DNA of 64,000 nucleotides from Haliotis cracherodii (taxonomy: Eukaryota): positions 28,086,001 to 28,150,000 of the forward strand of contig NW_027266275.1 in assembly GCF_022045235.1 (NCBI RefSeq). The letters are read 5' to 3'. Numbering within the stretch: position 1 is the stretch's first letter; every line of letters starts with the position of its first letter. The notes beneath the pieces were generated by a model, which did not search any database, was not told the origin of the DNA, and saw only the letters and a program-made list of their open reading frames with translations. This document shows, in pieces, positions 12,118-25,668 of the stretch. The translations under genes were made by a program, and so were the position numbers.

Positions 12118-13426
12118 GCTATGTTTTCACACTTCTGTCTAAACTGAACAATAATAAAATGGATGCACCTCATACCAGTCGGTCATTCCTCATATTCTGG
12201 GAGGTTCTGGGACCCATTCCACAAAGCGAATTTAGCGCTAAGACGATCGTAACTCGCATACTTTAACATAAACACAGTCGTAACGCTACGGCCGCTTTGT
12301 TGAACAGGGCCCTAGTTAATAGTGTGTCTCTATATGATTGAGTGAGTACGGTTTTACGACGCTTTTAGCAGTATTCATGCGGTCCATAGCGGGGGACACC
12401 AGAAATGGTCTTCACACATTGTACACGTGTGGGGAATCGAACCCGGGTCTGTGTGACGAGGAAACTCTTTAACCACTTGGCTACCCCAACACCCCTGGCT
12501 CACTATGCTATACAGATGCCTCAGATACGCTTAACACATGTAACATAAGATTTGTGGGTGTTTAAAGATTAGAAGCATACCGCATGTTGGAATTTTTGTA
12601 TTCCCATTTATTTAAGTTTCATAACTAATAATTCAGTGGCACATATTTAATTTTCAAATTCGCTTTGATAATTTGGTTGAAACAAGTTATTTGTGATCTT
12701 CAGTCCTCACGACCTCTCCTCGTTGATTTCATCTGGCTATGATAAGATAAGATAATATTTATTGCAGAAACGTTCCATTACGGGACAGGTGCAAGACAAA
12801 ACATTATGAATCATATATACATATATACAGACATACATATGTAGGTGTGAGAGAGTGTAAGGGTGTGGGGTGTCAGACGTTTACCACTTCGGTGAAACCC
12901 ACGAGCACGGGTATGGTGCTGACAAACCTAGAAACATAATCGGGGCTCTAGTGGATAGAGCGTTTGCACGGAGCGCGTGTTGTTACCTTGCCTGGAGCTA
13001 GGCATTACGGGATTAAACAAGGACTGAAAATGCAGCCAATGCCATAAACGGTGAAATCTTTATAACAATCTTCACACAAGTGAATATCGCCTTTTTTATA
13101 TATACAATACGTGCACGGCATCGTAAAACAATACACTTCCCGAAAAGCCTGACATAATGTGTTGGGGAGGGGAGGGGGTCACGAGTACATTCTAGACCTA
13201 CTCGCCTTCGCCTTTTGCCTTCAACCCTAATCCGGAAAATTGCGCTGTGTAAAATATTACAATAGCAACAACCATTCTTACCATCCAACCACTGTTCTAT
13301 GCAAATCAAAACTTGCCGGTCTCCTCGTGATTTTGAAACAGCTATTATTTGACAAAAAAGAAACCGCCTCGTCAGAGCATTGTTGATCCTATCTTCCTGT
13401 CACACATGAGCGGTATTCCCTGTTAC

Positions 13427-13435
13427 TATATATAA
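13427..13435 (+). promoter_or_regulatory. TATA box of GGH-C
   Basis: TATATATAA ~40 bp upstream of ATG 13476, conserved with copy A. Confidence 0.6.
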
Positions 13436-13475
13436 CCTATATCTTCAAAATACTTCCTTCTTTGTCGTGGACGGT

Positions 13476-15620
13476 ATGGCGGTGTATGTGTTGCTGCAGC
13501 TCAGCGTGTTGGTGGTGGCGACATCAGCAGGACACACCACCTACAACAACAGACCAGTGATAGGTAAGTCAGTACCTATGAAAAGGTCCCTCCCTGAACT
13601 GTTGAAACGACTTATGCATTCGCTCAGCTCAGTCAGAGTAACTGAAAAAACGGAGACCTGCACAGAGCGCAGCGACCTCTGCCGGGTCTTCATCAATAGA
13701 ATACTGGGGGTCCTACATACACGACCCGCTCGTATATCGTTGTCAGGCTTATTCTAGAGAGGAGACCCCGGGGTATTCGGGGTTAGAATATAGCTAGGTT
13801 TATGGCTGGGACGGGTAACTCGGATACTCGTGTCGGGTGGGTCCTGAGTAGGACCCGGGTACCCACATGACTACCCGGACCCGTGGTTAGTCACGTGACA
13901 TACTGTTTACAATAACATGACATTAACAATAAAACTCTACAAGATAGTACAGCTATAATGTATATATGTATAGCTAATAGCTATAATGTTCACATTTCTT
14001 TCTCACTATTCGTTCTGACTTTTATATGTTCGAGTAAGGATATAGAGGTTATCACGCGAGTGTGTTTGGGGATGGTAAATATCCTGCATTAGGAATAAAC
14101 ATTGTATTTAGCGAGCCTTGGCGAGCTAAATACATAGTGTTTATTCCTAATGCAGGATATTTACCATCCCCAAACACACAAGCGTGATAACCTCTTTATC
14201 ATATAATGTCATTCTTTAATTCTGTGTTTCAAAATCGCTTTCCCTCTCTCACAAACATTACCGAAACATTGCGAGTTTTCCTGGAATGCGCGCATTAATA
14301 TTTATTACGTCACAGGGTAAGTGATGTGTCAGTCGGACAGTGACAGTAGCCAGTATAGTTCCAACTAAAATCTGTTTCTTATACAGTGGCGAAGCAACAT
14401 ATACGCAAAACAACAGTTGTTTTAAATTGTCTTTCGCGGCAATCCATCGGTCTATTCGCTAGAGTAACTGTCCTTTGTCAAAGGGAAACTACTCTAAACC
14501 TTGTCTATGAGACGTCACGGCCACAGTCAGATGTTGTTGACAGTCAGTCTGTTCTGTCATAACGTTCAGAAGTGTAGTCAGATGTACACACGGCGACAAA
14601 ACGAAACAAGGTAACAATTCAAACATATTTCGGCCAAATACAACTATTTTATTTGGGGGAGAAGGTTTCAAGCCGCAGAGGTCTACAAGCACAGATATGG
14701 CTACTGATCCCGCTTGGCTCGGCCTCGTGCCCTCGCAAAATTGTTTCGAAATTTATATCTCCAAAGTTGCTAAAACTTATAAAATGCCTTAGCTACGTCA
14801 CAGTTAGACACTGATTTTCAGTATGTTAGACTGTTTTTTTTTAAAATGATAGCAATTATCCCTGTAGTTTATCCAGATTCCCGATGGTTAATTCTGACTC
14901 GATCGCCGAATGACGAGGGCGACGCCATGTTTGTTTATAAACAGTGAAAGTAGTCCTACTTGACCTTTGATATTTGCATCTCTATCCGCATATGACCCCA
15001 ACGGATATCGTTTTTATCCGTTGGCTTTATCCTGTCGAGAAACCTACCCATTATATGATAAAAAGCGTCTATCAACTGCAGTGTATACATGATCATGTAT
15101 CTAATAGTTTTTGCCAGGGCTGCGGTAAAACGATTCCCATTCGGACATTTTGTACCCGACTCATGAGACCTATAGCGGGTATCCGGGTAGGGCCGGATAA
15201 TAGGGTGTCGGGTACCCGGGTAGTTAATTTGGACTCGTCAACCAAGCAACCTATGCTGGTCGTAAGAGGAGTCTAAATGGATCGGGTGGTCAGGGTCGCA
15301 TAGTTTATGCATGTCATCACATCCCAATTGCGTAGATTGGTGATCATGATGTCAATCACTTGATTGTCTGGTCTAGACTCGACAATTTACAGACTGCTGT
15401 CATAAAGCTGGAATATTACTGAGTGCGGCGTTAAACAACAAACATATAGTATAGCGTATAGTTACATGAGGTGATATGGATAATATGAAGCCTCATAAAA
15501 AACAAAACCACAAAAATGTAGTTATGAGTGTAATCTCATTCATGAGGTGAGGTGAAATGGGGTTTAACGTCGCATCCAAAATTATTGCACTTTAATGGCG
15601 ACGTACATGCACGTATGCCT

Positions 15621-15655
<35 letters not shown>

Positions 15656-17025
15656 GCTGCTTGTACTAGTCCGGACTGATGCCGATTTATAGTGCTAGCC
15701 CACTGAGGTACCATGCCGCAGTTTTACATGAATACCCTACTCAGACACAGTATACTGACCCCGAGCCTACCATTCACTCCCTTAATGCCGAGCGCCAGAC
15801 ATGGTAACAACAAGTACCATCTTTTAACGTCTTTTGGTATGACGCGGCAGGGGATCGAACCCTGGACCTTCCTCTCTCCGGGCAGAAGCTCTACCACTAG
15901 ACCACGAAGGCGGTCCATGCAAGAGGTAATCTTATGTCATCATAATTCCATCATTATTGAGTTTTAAAGCGCCTAATATTCGACCAGGACTGCTCAGTGG
16001 CGCTGTTACATAATAATATTAGTATTATTACCGGTCAATAAATCAGTGTGCGCTCGATAATCGTTCTCAGCTCCCTGAAAAGAATGCAACCCAAGCTGTC
16101 TGTGAGGCGCTAGGCGGTTAACAGTCGTCCTACCGGGTACCCATTCACTGCTGGGTGAACAGAGGAATGTTATTGATAAAGTCACTTGCCTGAGGTGACA
16201 TCACATGAGCTACACGTGCTTCAGTGTGGGGCGGGACCGAAGCCCAAGAAGCACTGAGGAAGTCAACGCGGTCATCCATCCGCGACCAACGTTGCATGCT
16301 TATCGCCACCTGATTTGAGACCCATGCGCTGTGCAGGGACCACGCGCCACCACGCGCAACCACGCTGTGTGACAACATAGTAATACCAACCCACTAACAT
16401 GTAAAAGTAAATCATACGAAAGAGAACCACCCTACATCCACTGGACTAGCTACGTGTATCAGCGGGAACCAGGCTCACGTTGTGTGCCGTGGTTCACTTC
16501 ACGCTCTCTTGATTCAATGCTGTTTCACTGTGTCCCTGTGTATTGGGAGTAATTCGTCCTTGGTATTTGTGTTACAACTCTCAGCCTATTGTTGAACAAC
16601 CTTCAGTAACTATGTCATGTGCATAGCTGTTAAATCCACTGATTTTTAGTATGCAGATGGTAACCGTTATAGGTTTACTGATACAAAATATGTAGGTATA
16701 CATCATCAGTGTAGATCTCGGTCTGGTATTGGGTTACCTAGCTGTTAGGATTATTCATACATAACCTAGACTCAGCGCCAAGAGAAACGCGAAACATAGA
16801 AACATATAGAGAAGTATATCCGTTAAGATGAGATGTTTCCAATGTGTACCAATTAATGACAAAACTAACCATCAGTAAAGAGATATCACAAAGTGTCTTT
16901 ATTCTTATCACTATATGCTGCACATTATTTTCCAAACTTCTTCAAACTTTACACGCTAATGCTGCACGAGACAAATGGTGCATCTCGAGTCATGATGCGT
17001 TCACATGTGATGCGTTCATGAGCAT

Positions 17026-17065
<40 letters not shown>

Positions 17066-20000
17066 ACGGAGGTACATTCTGCACGATAGGGAACACTTAC
17101 ACATTCCTGCATTAGTCATGTATGTCACACCGGAAGTAGTCAATGGCTCGTGGGTAAGTGAAAGGACAACTCGACATAGAGCTGAACACTTGCTTGAAGG
17201 CATGTGTCCTACAGATAACACCCTCTTCCTGAAGGCTGTACAGGAAGTGTATAGAGCTCATTGTCTGTTTGCTAACTTCCTCCATTTAATTGTTGAATAG
17301 ATTAAACCACCCCCCTGCTGATTCTGTTCCCATGAGAAGTGAGTGACGTCTTACGCCGCATTTAGCATAGTGCAGCATTATCTCGGCGGAGAACAACGCA
17401 GATGGGCGTAACACATGACACTGGATAGTCTGGTCCAGACTCGATTAGGGATTTTGTATGGAGACCATCTATTTTTTGGGCTACATCTGCAAGCATGAAT
17501 ATTACGTTTAGTGTCATTGCTTTCGTGATCATATCACAAAACGTATAACATATTTACATTCGTCCATCATTGTGAATTACTTATAAATTTCTTTAATCAA
17601 GTACTTACAAATCAAACATGTTATACATTTTTGGAAGTAGTAATAAATGGTATTTTTTCGATTGTACGCATCCTATATTGTAATACACAAGAGTTATCCC
17701 CCTTGCAGGTGTCCTCGCTCAGGCCACAGCCAGCAGGACACATGGCGACACCTATATCCCGGCCAACTATGTCAAGTACCTGGAGCAGGCCGGGGCCAGG
17801 GTAGTTCCAATCAGGTGAGGTCGCTCATCTAATACTTCAGGTAGGCGGGGCCAGGGTAGTGCCAGTCAGGTGAGGTCAGTCATCTAATACTTCAGGTAGG
17901 CGGGGCCAGGGTAGTGCCAGTCAGGTGAGGTCAGTCATCGAATACTTCAGGTAGGCGGGGCCAGGGTAGTGCCAGTCAGGTGAGGTCAATCATTTAATAC
18001 TTCAGGTAGGCGGGGCCAAGGTAGAGCCAGTTAGGTGAGGTCAATCATCTATTACTTTAGGTAGGCGGAGCCAGGATAGTGCCAGTCAGGTGAGAGTGAC
18101 AGACGTGGCCATGTGGTCACCTTCCCAACATAGTTGGGTACTCGTTGTAGTAGAGTTAGTTCCCCTTCCTGTTCACCCGTGCTCCCCACGACAGTTTCAT
18201 GGTATTCAATGTAACTCCGAACTTGGCTGATCAAGGCACGAGGTTGAGAAGACTATCCGCGGATTGTATAGTCTGGGATAACCAGGAGAACACGATTTAG
18301 TAGACAAGGGTTGTAACGGTGACTGAAGTATGACACATGACGCTGATGTCTGTCATCCTCCATTGCAGAGTGAGGGAACCAGGCTCCTACTACGCCAAGC
18401 TCTTCTCGCAGATCAACGGGTAAGGCAATTGTGTTCTTGTTGTTTCACATTCTTCATAAGCTAGCTTTGACGTATGGTGATTTACACAGTTATATGTGCT
18501 TACTATGTTGCCGTGACATGAGAACACTTGTGTCCCACAGAGTGTTGTTCCCCGGGGGTAGTGTCGGCATTGTAAGCAGCGACTACGCCAAGGCGGCCCG
18601 GATCATCTACGACATGGCGGTGAAGGTAGGAGCCACGTGTAGCCTCAGATCAGACACAAACACTGTCCTTGTACGCAGCAGGTGATACACAGTTAACATG
18701 TACCTGTACATCCCAAAGTGACACACGCACAATAGTATATGTCCTTGTGCGCGCACGCACACACACGCACACACATATGCGCGAAGTACACGTGACTCAG
18801 ATTCATGCGTATTATTTACCAGCTGGACACAGACAGAGAGCTATTTAGAGTCATCCAAAGCTATTACACGACTAATGCACGTGCTTAGTACCATGTAAAC
18901 CAAGGACGCTGCAACTGGTCCGTTTCATGGTGTTCTGTTGCCCCGTGTCTCCGCCAGGCTAACGACGCCGGGGATCACTTCCCCTTGTGGGGTACCTGTC
19001 AAGGCTTCCAACTCCTCACCAACCTGACGGCCCGGCACAACCTTCTTCAAGCCGTGGATGCCTCCGACATCAGCCTGCCTCTTGATCTAGCTCCAGGTGA
19101 GACAACGGTGTGACCATCAACCAGGTAGCTAGGACGTAACACTGTTTCACAGATGACGTCTCAGAAATATCGCCATTGACACGAACAACCTAGTGATACA
19201 ATTCTGTGACTGTAAGAATTGTAAGAATTTCATGGTGTAATTGTTTTGTGGTCCAGCGCCATTGTTTTGTATTTCGCCAAGGCAACGTGTAAATCATGTT
19301 CTGGTCAATGTTGTGTTGTTAAGGATAACACATGCACTGTATAAATCATGCTCTGGTCAATGTTGTGTTGTTAAGGATAACACGTGCACTGTATAAATCA
19401 TGCTCTGATCAATGTTGTGTTGTTAAGGATAACACGTGCACTGTATAAATCATGCTCTGTTCAATGCTATCCTTCAGATGCCAAGTCCAGCAGGCTGTTG
19501 AGTCGACTGTCACAGAAGACGTTTCACATACTGACCACTGAGAACGTCACCCCCAACTTCCACCACTACGGATTATTGCTGGAGGTGAGGCATGGCTGGT
19601 GGGGTACATGTATTAAAACACATCTGTGACGTCATTCTATTGTTTGAACACTCCATTATTTTTCAGGAATGGAGAGTTGCTTGTCAACTGTACATTATCT
19701 TGAAGCAGCATTTGAATTTTTCAAATATTTTCAACTACAGAATATTTTGTCAAAGTGTAAAAGTAGGGATGAGTTTTAAGTAGGGGAATATCCTCGTAAG
19801 TCTCCATTCCTTAAAAATAATGGGCCTCGGCCCCTGCGGGGCCTCTGCTCCATTATTTTTAAGGAATGGAGAGTTACTCGGACATTCCCCTCTACGTAAT
19901 GGGTAGGACACGTGTAACGAAGGGAAGGACACGTGTAACGAAGGGAAGGACACGTTTAATGAATTGTAGGACACGTGTTATGAAGGAGGGACACCTAATG

Positions 20001-22950
20001 AAGGGTAGGACACGTGTTATGAAGGGTAGGACACGTGTAATGAAGGGTAGGACACGTGTACTGAAGGGTGGAGCACGTTTATGGAGGAATGTGCACCTAT
20101 ACTGTATGTATTATCGACATTCTACTTCATGGCATAACATTATATCCACGTTTAGCTATGTCATGTTCAAATGCGCTAGATATGTACTTATGACCGTGGT
20201 TCTGGCTGATAAATATCAACATCCCTTGCCATGGCATGCCATGTTCATATGTTGTATATATTCTGTCCCCAGACGTACAACCAGACCAAGTCGCTCACCT
20301 CCTTCTACAGACTCATCTCCACAAACAGAGGCCGGAAGGGGAAGGTGTTTGTGTCCACCATAGAAGGTACAGAACACTCCTGTAACCTCCTGTAGCCATC
20401 TCGTGTTACACCCTGTAAGCCTGACATATACCACAATACCCCTATAACCTCCTGCAGCCATCTCGTGTTACACCCAGTAAGCCTGACATATACCACAATA
20501 CCCCTGTAACCTCCTGCAGCCATCTCGTGTTACACCCTGTAGTTTTGACAGATACCAGAATACCCATACATGCGTCATTGCGACCTCTGCTGTAGTACAT
20601 CTAAAGTAACGTAAGCCCATTAAGTTCCGATCTTTCTACTCTGATACCAGAGCTCCCTGTGTTAAGGTTTCACGGCATCTCCAAAGAAGGTCGGGTTAGG
20701 TGAACACTGAGCGATCTTTGATCGTTTAATCTATTCGAAGAATGAGTGGGTTCTAGAGCCAATTAGAAGTCAGCTTTCTATAAAGAGTGAAGCTTTATAT
20801 ATTATTCAGAAATTTCGATTTTAACAAAAGAAAATAACAGAAGACACAAATATGCCTCGATGGTACATCTCTTTGGGTGTAGATGCCACGGAGCTCAGGC
20901 ACGACAGGCTGTGTTCACTTTCCACAACAATATAATGTGGCGGCCTTTATTATATGTCGTTCTAGTTCGTTTTGAGAAATCAGATATGTTTGCATGGATG
21001 CTTCAATCTTCCCGAGGCAAGTGAGTTAACTGACTATAAAAGTCCAGTTTCCACCCTTGCCGAACTAGGCTGGTATTATGGAGTTACATTTTGGCTGGAC
21101 TAACGAGTCTATGCATAGTCCAATCAAAATCGCGCACCGAAATCGAAATCCGGTTCGTAGAGTGTCATGCAGATTTCGGTCGACTGCAGGATTTGCAAAG
21201 CATGTGCACCGCCAACTCGTTGTCCACAGATATTTACTAAATATTTTCATGTTTTTAATGAAGGTGCTCACGTGATTTGATGCACTTTCCGATGTAAGAC
21301 TCTTTTTATCACAATATAGATCTTGATTATCGATCAGATCGTCTTGACTGAGCGCCACCGTTTTGCTTGAAACAAATGCAAGTGATACGAGAGGTTGACT
21401 CTGATTGGTCATTAGGAGAGGCATAGAAAGGACATAACTCGTAATAGCCACTGGAGGCGCTACGATCGAGCCCAGGAATTCCAGCCTAGTTCGGCAAGGG
21501 TGGAAACTGGACTTTCAAAGTCAGTTAACTCTCTTGCCTCGAGAAGATGGGATGCTTCGCGCTCTCCTATCGAGAATTAGGAAGTATTGACGCTGAACGG
21601 CTGATCAGAAAGTTCACCTGACGAGGTGTCCTCAGATCTTCAGAGGTATCGTATCGGAGTAAAGGATCCGCTTTTGATTAGATAAGGAGTGACGATTAAA
21701 ACCTGTCTAGTGTCACCGTCTTCGCTTCAGCCTACAAGTACCCGTTCTATGGCACCCAGTGGCACCCTGAAAAGATCAACTTCGACTGGAACCCCAAGCA
21801 TGCGCTGGACCATACCAGCAATGGCGTCGCCATCTCACACTTCTTCTCCGCCTTCTTCATCGGCGAAGGTAAACGTTGTGTTCATATATAGTTAACCTGG
21901 TGACTGTTAATGAGTGGTGTATATTTTAATAAAAGTATTCGACCCATGAAAATCTGCGATAGAATAGGTCTTCAGCAAAACACTCTTGCTGTTAAAGGCG
22001 ACTATGCTCGTTGTAAGAGGCGACTAACGGGATCGGGTGGTCAGGCTCGCTGACTTGGTTGATGCATGTCATCGTTTCCCAATTGCGTGAATCTCATGAT
22101 ATCAATCACTGGACTCGAATATTTGCAGAATGCCGTCATATTGCTGGAGTGCGGCTTAAACAACAAACAAACAAACAAACAAATAACAGCTGTATTCCAG
22201 CTTTATCATGGCGGGAGACTCATTGTTATCATGAAGGGGTGCTAGATCTCCATGTGCAGGAGTTGGCATCATGTGCGCTGGGTGGAGGAGTGTTAGGCTT
22301 TACTATTTAGGTTAGACATGGGAGCTGGTTTGCACGAGAGATAGTTGCTTGACATCGGGGGCGTTAGAGGGGAGGAGTGTTAGGCTCTACTATTTTTATG
22401 ACAACGGTCTGTAAATAATCGAGGCTGGACCAGACATTCCAGTGAGGGATATCATGAGCATCGATGTACGAAATTGGGAAAGGTTGCCATGCATCGACCA
22501 AGTCAGCGAGCCTGACCACCTGATCCCATTAGTCGCCTCTTACGACAGGCATAGTCACCTCTTGCAGCATACATCGGCTGCTGAAGACCAATTCTAACCA
22601 GGATCTTCAAGGTGAATGTTTTGTGAGGGCATGGATATAACATACATATATTTTGAAGAGACAGATGTGTACGCCAGAGGGTATATGAGAATATGTCGGT
22701 GTTCTTTGAGAATAGGTATATCATTTGCAGAAATGGAATAGTTGAGAAGCTGAACAGGGCGGGGTGTTTTTTATTTCTACGGCCCAAGTGGATGAGGATG
22801 CTGTATGTTTCAGCTCGTCTAAGTGGTCACAAGTTCCCCAACGTTCAAGCCGCTGCAGACGCCGTCATCGAGAACTTCTACATGAACTACCAAGATGACG
22901 GCACATTCGAACAGATCTACTATTTCAACTACACCAAAACGTCCGCATAG
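13476..22950 (+). CDS. GGH: gamma-glutamyl hydrolase paralog C, ~314 aa, 9 exons
   Basis: Exons 13476-13563, 17709-17814, 18369-18419, 18541-18625, 18958-19096, 19478-19584, 20273-20366, 21731-21868, 22814-22950 (945 nt). Motifs RPVIG, PGG, WGTCQG, NFHHYG, QWHPEK. Close inverted relative of copy A. Confidence 0.94.
13764..15445 (+). mobile_element. nested insertions: headless SINE split by an ACCCG-rich DNA element, itself containing a Crypton-like palindrome element (~14040-15062)
   Basis: SINE 5' part at 13764-13793 and remainder from ~15241. ACCCG/CGGGT subterminal repeats at ~13810-13885 and ~15155-15222. A ~160-bp palindrome at 14040-14200 is centred on CGAGCCTTGGCGAG. Confidence 0.6.
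16030..16370 (-). mobile_element. old CORE-like SINE
   Basis: The - strand reads CAGGCAAGTGACTT...CCTCTGTTCACCCAGCAGTGAATGGGTACC. A related fragment lies at ~50330-50425. Confidence 0.5.
17815..18097 (+). repeat. 55-bp tandem repeat containing the exon-2 end and donor (GGH-C)
   Basis: 5 units starting at 17831, 17886, 17941, 17996 and 18051, each with ggccagggtagtgccagtcag|gtgag or a close variant. Confidence 0.92.
19900..20085. repeat. ~21-bp minisatellite (gaagggtaggacacgtgttat)
   Basis: About 8 tandem units in GGH-C intron 6. Confidence 0.9.
20375..20566. repeat. ~62-bp tandem repeat x3 directly after the GGH-C exon-7 donor
   Basis: Unit cctgtaacctcctgcagccatctcgtgttacaccctgtaagcctgacatataccacaatacc. 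Confidence 0.88.
21005..21549. mobile_element. non-autonomous DNA transposon with ~75-bp TIRs and a 9-bp TSD
   Basis: TIR atcttcccgaggcaagtgagttaactgact..gccgaactaggctgg and its reverse complement; ggatgcttc flanks both ends. A solo end of the family lies at ~40153-40182. Confidence 0.82.
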
Positions 22951-24253
22951 ATTATCTACATTCTGGCACATCAACTATTTCCACAATTCTACGACCTCAA
23001 ACCTACTTCGGAATAATCCAACAAATCTACTACGTTTGTAACTTAAAGCAAACTGCCGGACAAAAGAAAGTATACACACGTGTGATGGTGGCTGAAACTG
23101 GAACAAAGAAGAAATGGCTATTCGATCTTCAGCGACTGTTTTAATAACGTTTGTAATTTATTTTGTCAAATTCAATTTGCAAGTGTATAAATTCTTTTGC
23201 CCAGCAGTTTTTTTTCAGTTGGAGACATGTTGTACAGCTACTATTTCGTCTGTCTGCAAGTTCTTGCAGAACCCTATAGAAATATCATTTTCAATCTCAT
23301 ATATTTACTTAGTTGGTGAGTGAATGCTCTTTAACATTGCAGCTATATTCTAGCTATATCACCTCGTGCACATCTCCAGTAAACTAACATACCCAGAATT
23401 ATCTGCTGTTAAAGGTGATGACGTCATGAAACCAGATACGTCCGGGGCTAATATTGGGACATGCGTGTTTGTGTTTAGTGGTAATGGGTGAGATTGAGTT
23501 GATATTTAACGTCGCATCGGTATTATTTCAGCCATATAGCAACGTGAACAAGTTGATATATATACAATTAAGTCATGAATACAAAGTTATATATAAAAAC
23601 AAATATGTCAAACATATTTGGGCATAACAATATGATTAATAACTGGGTTTTTTTTACATTAATTTTCATTGATCATAATGCAAATTGTAGATTCCGTGTA
23701 CTACCACTAGGACAGGGTAAATCTTTATTCTTTAGTCTATTGGCAAGTCTTGTTATGACGTTATATGGACGTGGAAGTTCTAATGTGAGTATTTACATTC
23801 CAAAACCAATCTATGGACGGTCAAGTGAGTACAAATAAGAAAAATGTTCCGATTCCAGAAAAGGAACAATTTAAAGAATCGTTTGAAATCTATTCATGTA
23901 CTGTATAAACGTGGCCGCTGAAACAAAATTTCCAATTCTTTCATCTTGTTTGTATTGTATTGTTTACTGAATGTATATATGTATTTATGTGTACTACCTT
24001 TGGTGTGTTTTCGAGTCATAAAAAAATAACTGATCAAGGAAAGCTACACACAGTGCACACAGTACACGTTCCCCTGTCTATATTGTCTATACTGTCTATA
24101 CTGTCTGTCTATATTGTCTATAATGTCTATATTGTCTCGTCATCTCAGGCATGTTCAAGTGTTTTATTCTTATAATAAATATATCCTTATTAATGATTGT
24201 TTTGTATTTCTACCGGAATCAGCTAATGTTGAGATATGCCCACAGTTACAGTC

Positions 24254-24700
24254 GACCCGTGAAGATCCGGGTTGAATAGGTCTTCCGCAACCCATGCTTG
24301 CCGTTGAAGACGACTGCCCCTGTCGTGAGTGAGTGAGTGAGTTTGGTTTTACGCCGCTTTTAGCAATATTCCAGCAATATCACGGCGGGGGACACCAGAA
24401 ATGGGCTTCACACATTGTACCCATGTCGGGATTCGAACCCGGGTCTTCGGCGTGACGAGCGAACGCTTGAACCACTAGGCTACCCGACCGCCCCCCTGTC
24501 GTGAGAGGCGACTAACGGGATTTGGTGGTCAGGCTCGCTGACTTGGTTGATGCGAATCATCGTATCCCAGTTGCGTGGATACATGCTCATGATGTCAGTC
24601 ACTGGATTTTCTGGTCCAGACTCGATTATTTACAGACCGCCGTTTTAAAGCTGGAATATTGCTGAGTACGGCGTTAAACAACAAATAAACAAACAAACAA
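24254..24700 (+). mobile_element. headless SINE (MetaSINE-like core, (AAAC)n tail) interrupted by an antisense tRNA-SINE (~24328-24495)
   Basis: Outer TSD caca(g/a)ttacagtcga and inner TSD ccctgtcgtgag. Other copies at ~5294, 11410-11617(-), 21940, 22400-22615(-), 39215, 39666, 39853, 46415-46640(-), 50772-51037(-) and 54921. Confidence 0.8.
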
Positions 24701-24709
24701 ACACAATTA

Positions 24710-24883
24710 CAGTCGAACCTCGTTGAGTCGATCTTGGATGTGTCGAATATATTCCCTATTGTCTTGAACTCATTTGGGAGACCAAAGTATTCAAATTAAG
24801 CATAAAATCACCTGATGTCTCGAACCCCGGATAATTCGAACTTTGTTCCAGGTCCACGAGCTCGACACATCGAAGTTGGACTG
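24710..24883. mobile_element. Tc1/mariner-type MITE
   Basis: TA|CAGTCGAACCTCGTTGAGTCGA ... TCGACACATCGAAGTTGGACTG|TA. Confidence 0.7.
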
Positions 24884-25538
24884 TATGTTCAATGGCCTCG
24901 TGTCCATTGGTAGTTTTCCTCTAGACTTTGAAATTACTTCGTTAATAAATCACGATTATTTACAGGCCGCCGTCATACAGCTGCAATATTGCTGAGTGCG
25001 TCAATATTTTTTTTTAAAAAACAAACAAATATATACTCATGTCATCTATGACATCAGGTATAGACATATTACACGTGATATATATTCCAAGATGGTGTCC
25101 CAGTGTCACACGAACACAATAACCATCAAGGTTTGCTTTACACACTATTTTGTGAACTATTTGTTTGTTTGTTGTTTAACGCCGCACTCAGAAATATTCC
25201 AGGTAAATGAATAGCTGCCAGTCTGTAAATAATCGAGCCTGGACCAGACAATCCAGTGATTTTGTCATTCAAGGGATGGGACATATTATGTTTCATCTCC
25301 GTCAGTGACATGCTAGGGCGGCCATGTTGTACCCAGGTCTGTCAACACGAGTAACTAATAGGAGCCTTAGATCTCAAATTTAGCTGACACACCGTGACAT
25401 GACATATTTCCTCTATTGGACACGCGACACCAAATACAAATCATAACGATCGCGCTTTGTGCGTGCAGGGTGTGTGCGTGGTTGTGTTTATGTGGGACGC
25501 CTGTGAATCATTTAGTCAATGCAGAGTTGATGCGGAAC

Positions 25539-25668
25539 TATAAATATCAAGGAAATGCAAAGTCATCGGCCTGTAGACGCGCGTGACGCTGCACAATGAG
25601 CTTTTTCAGAAGGGTGTTGATCAAGCCGCCGTCAACACGCCTACTGAAGTCGTGCACTGTAAAATAAG
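25539..25668 (+). promoter_or_regulatory. TATA box and probable non-coding first exon of the CARD-like gene
   Basis: TATAAATA at 25539, a strong donor AAG|GTAAGC after 25668, and an acceptor TTCAG immediately before ATG 26230. Confidence 0.5.

Noticed and set aside
13467-13475. MDG N-terminal extension of GGH-C (and of A at 4531)
   Set aside because: The ORF track starts at GTG; the real ATG is 9 nt downstream.
13890-13899. Perfect CLEAR motif GTCACGTGAC in GGH-C intron 1
   Set aside because: It lies inside a transposon-like insertion, where such palindromes are common; there is no independent support.
19866-20363. 165-aa ORF with KGRTRV repeats
   Set aside because: Translation of an intronic 21-bp minisatellite running out of frame into GGH-C exon 7.
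24254-24330. HDV-like ribozyme fold for the headless SINE 5' end
   Set aside because: I could not find the P3/L3, P1.1 and J4/2 catalytic-C arrangement; it is kept only as an unassigned structure.
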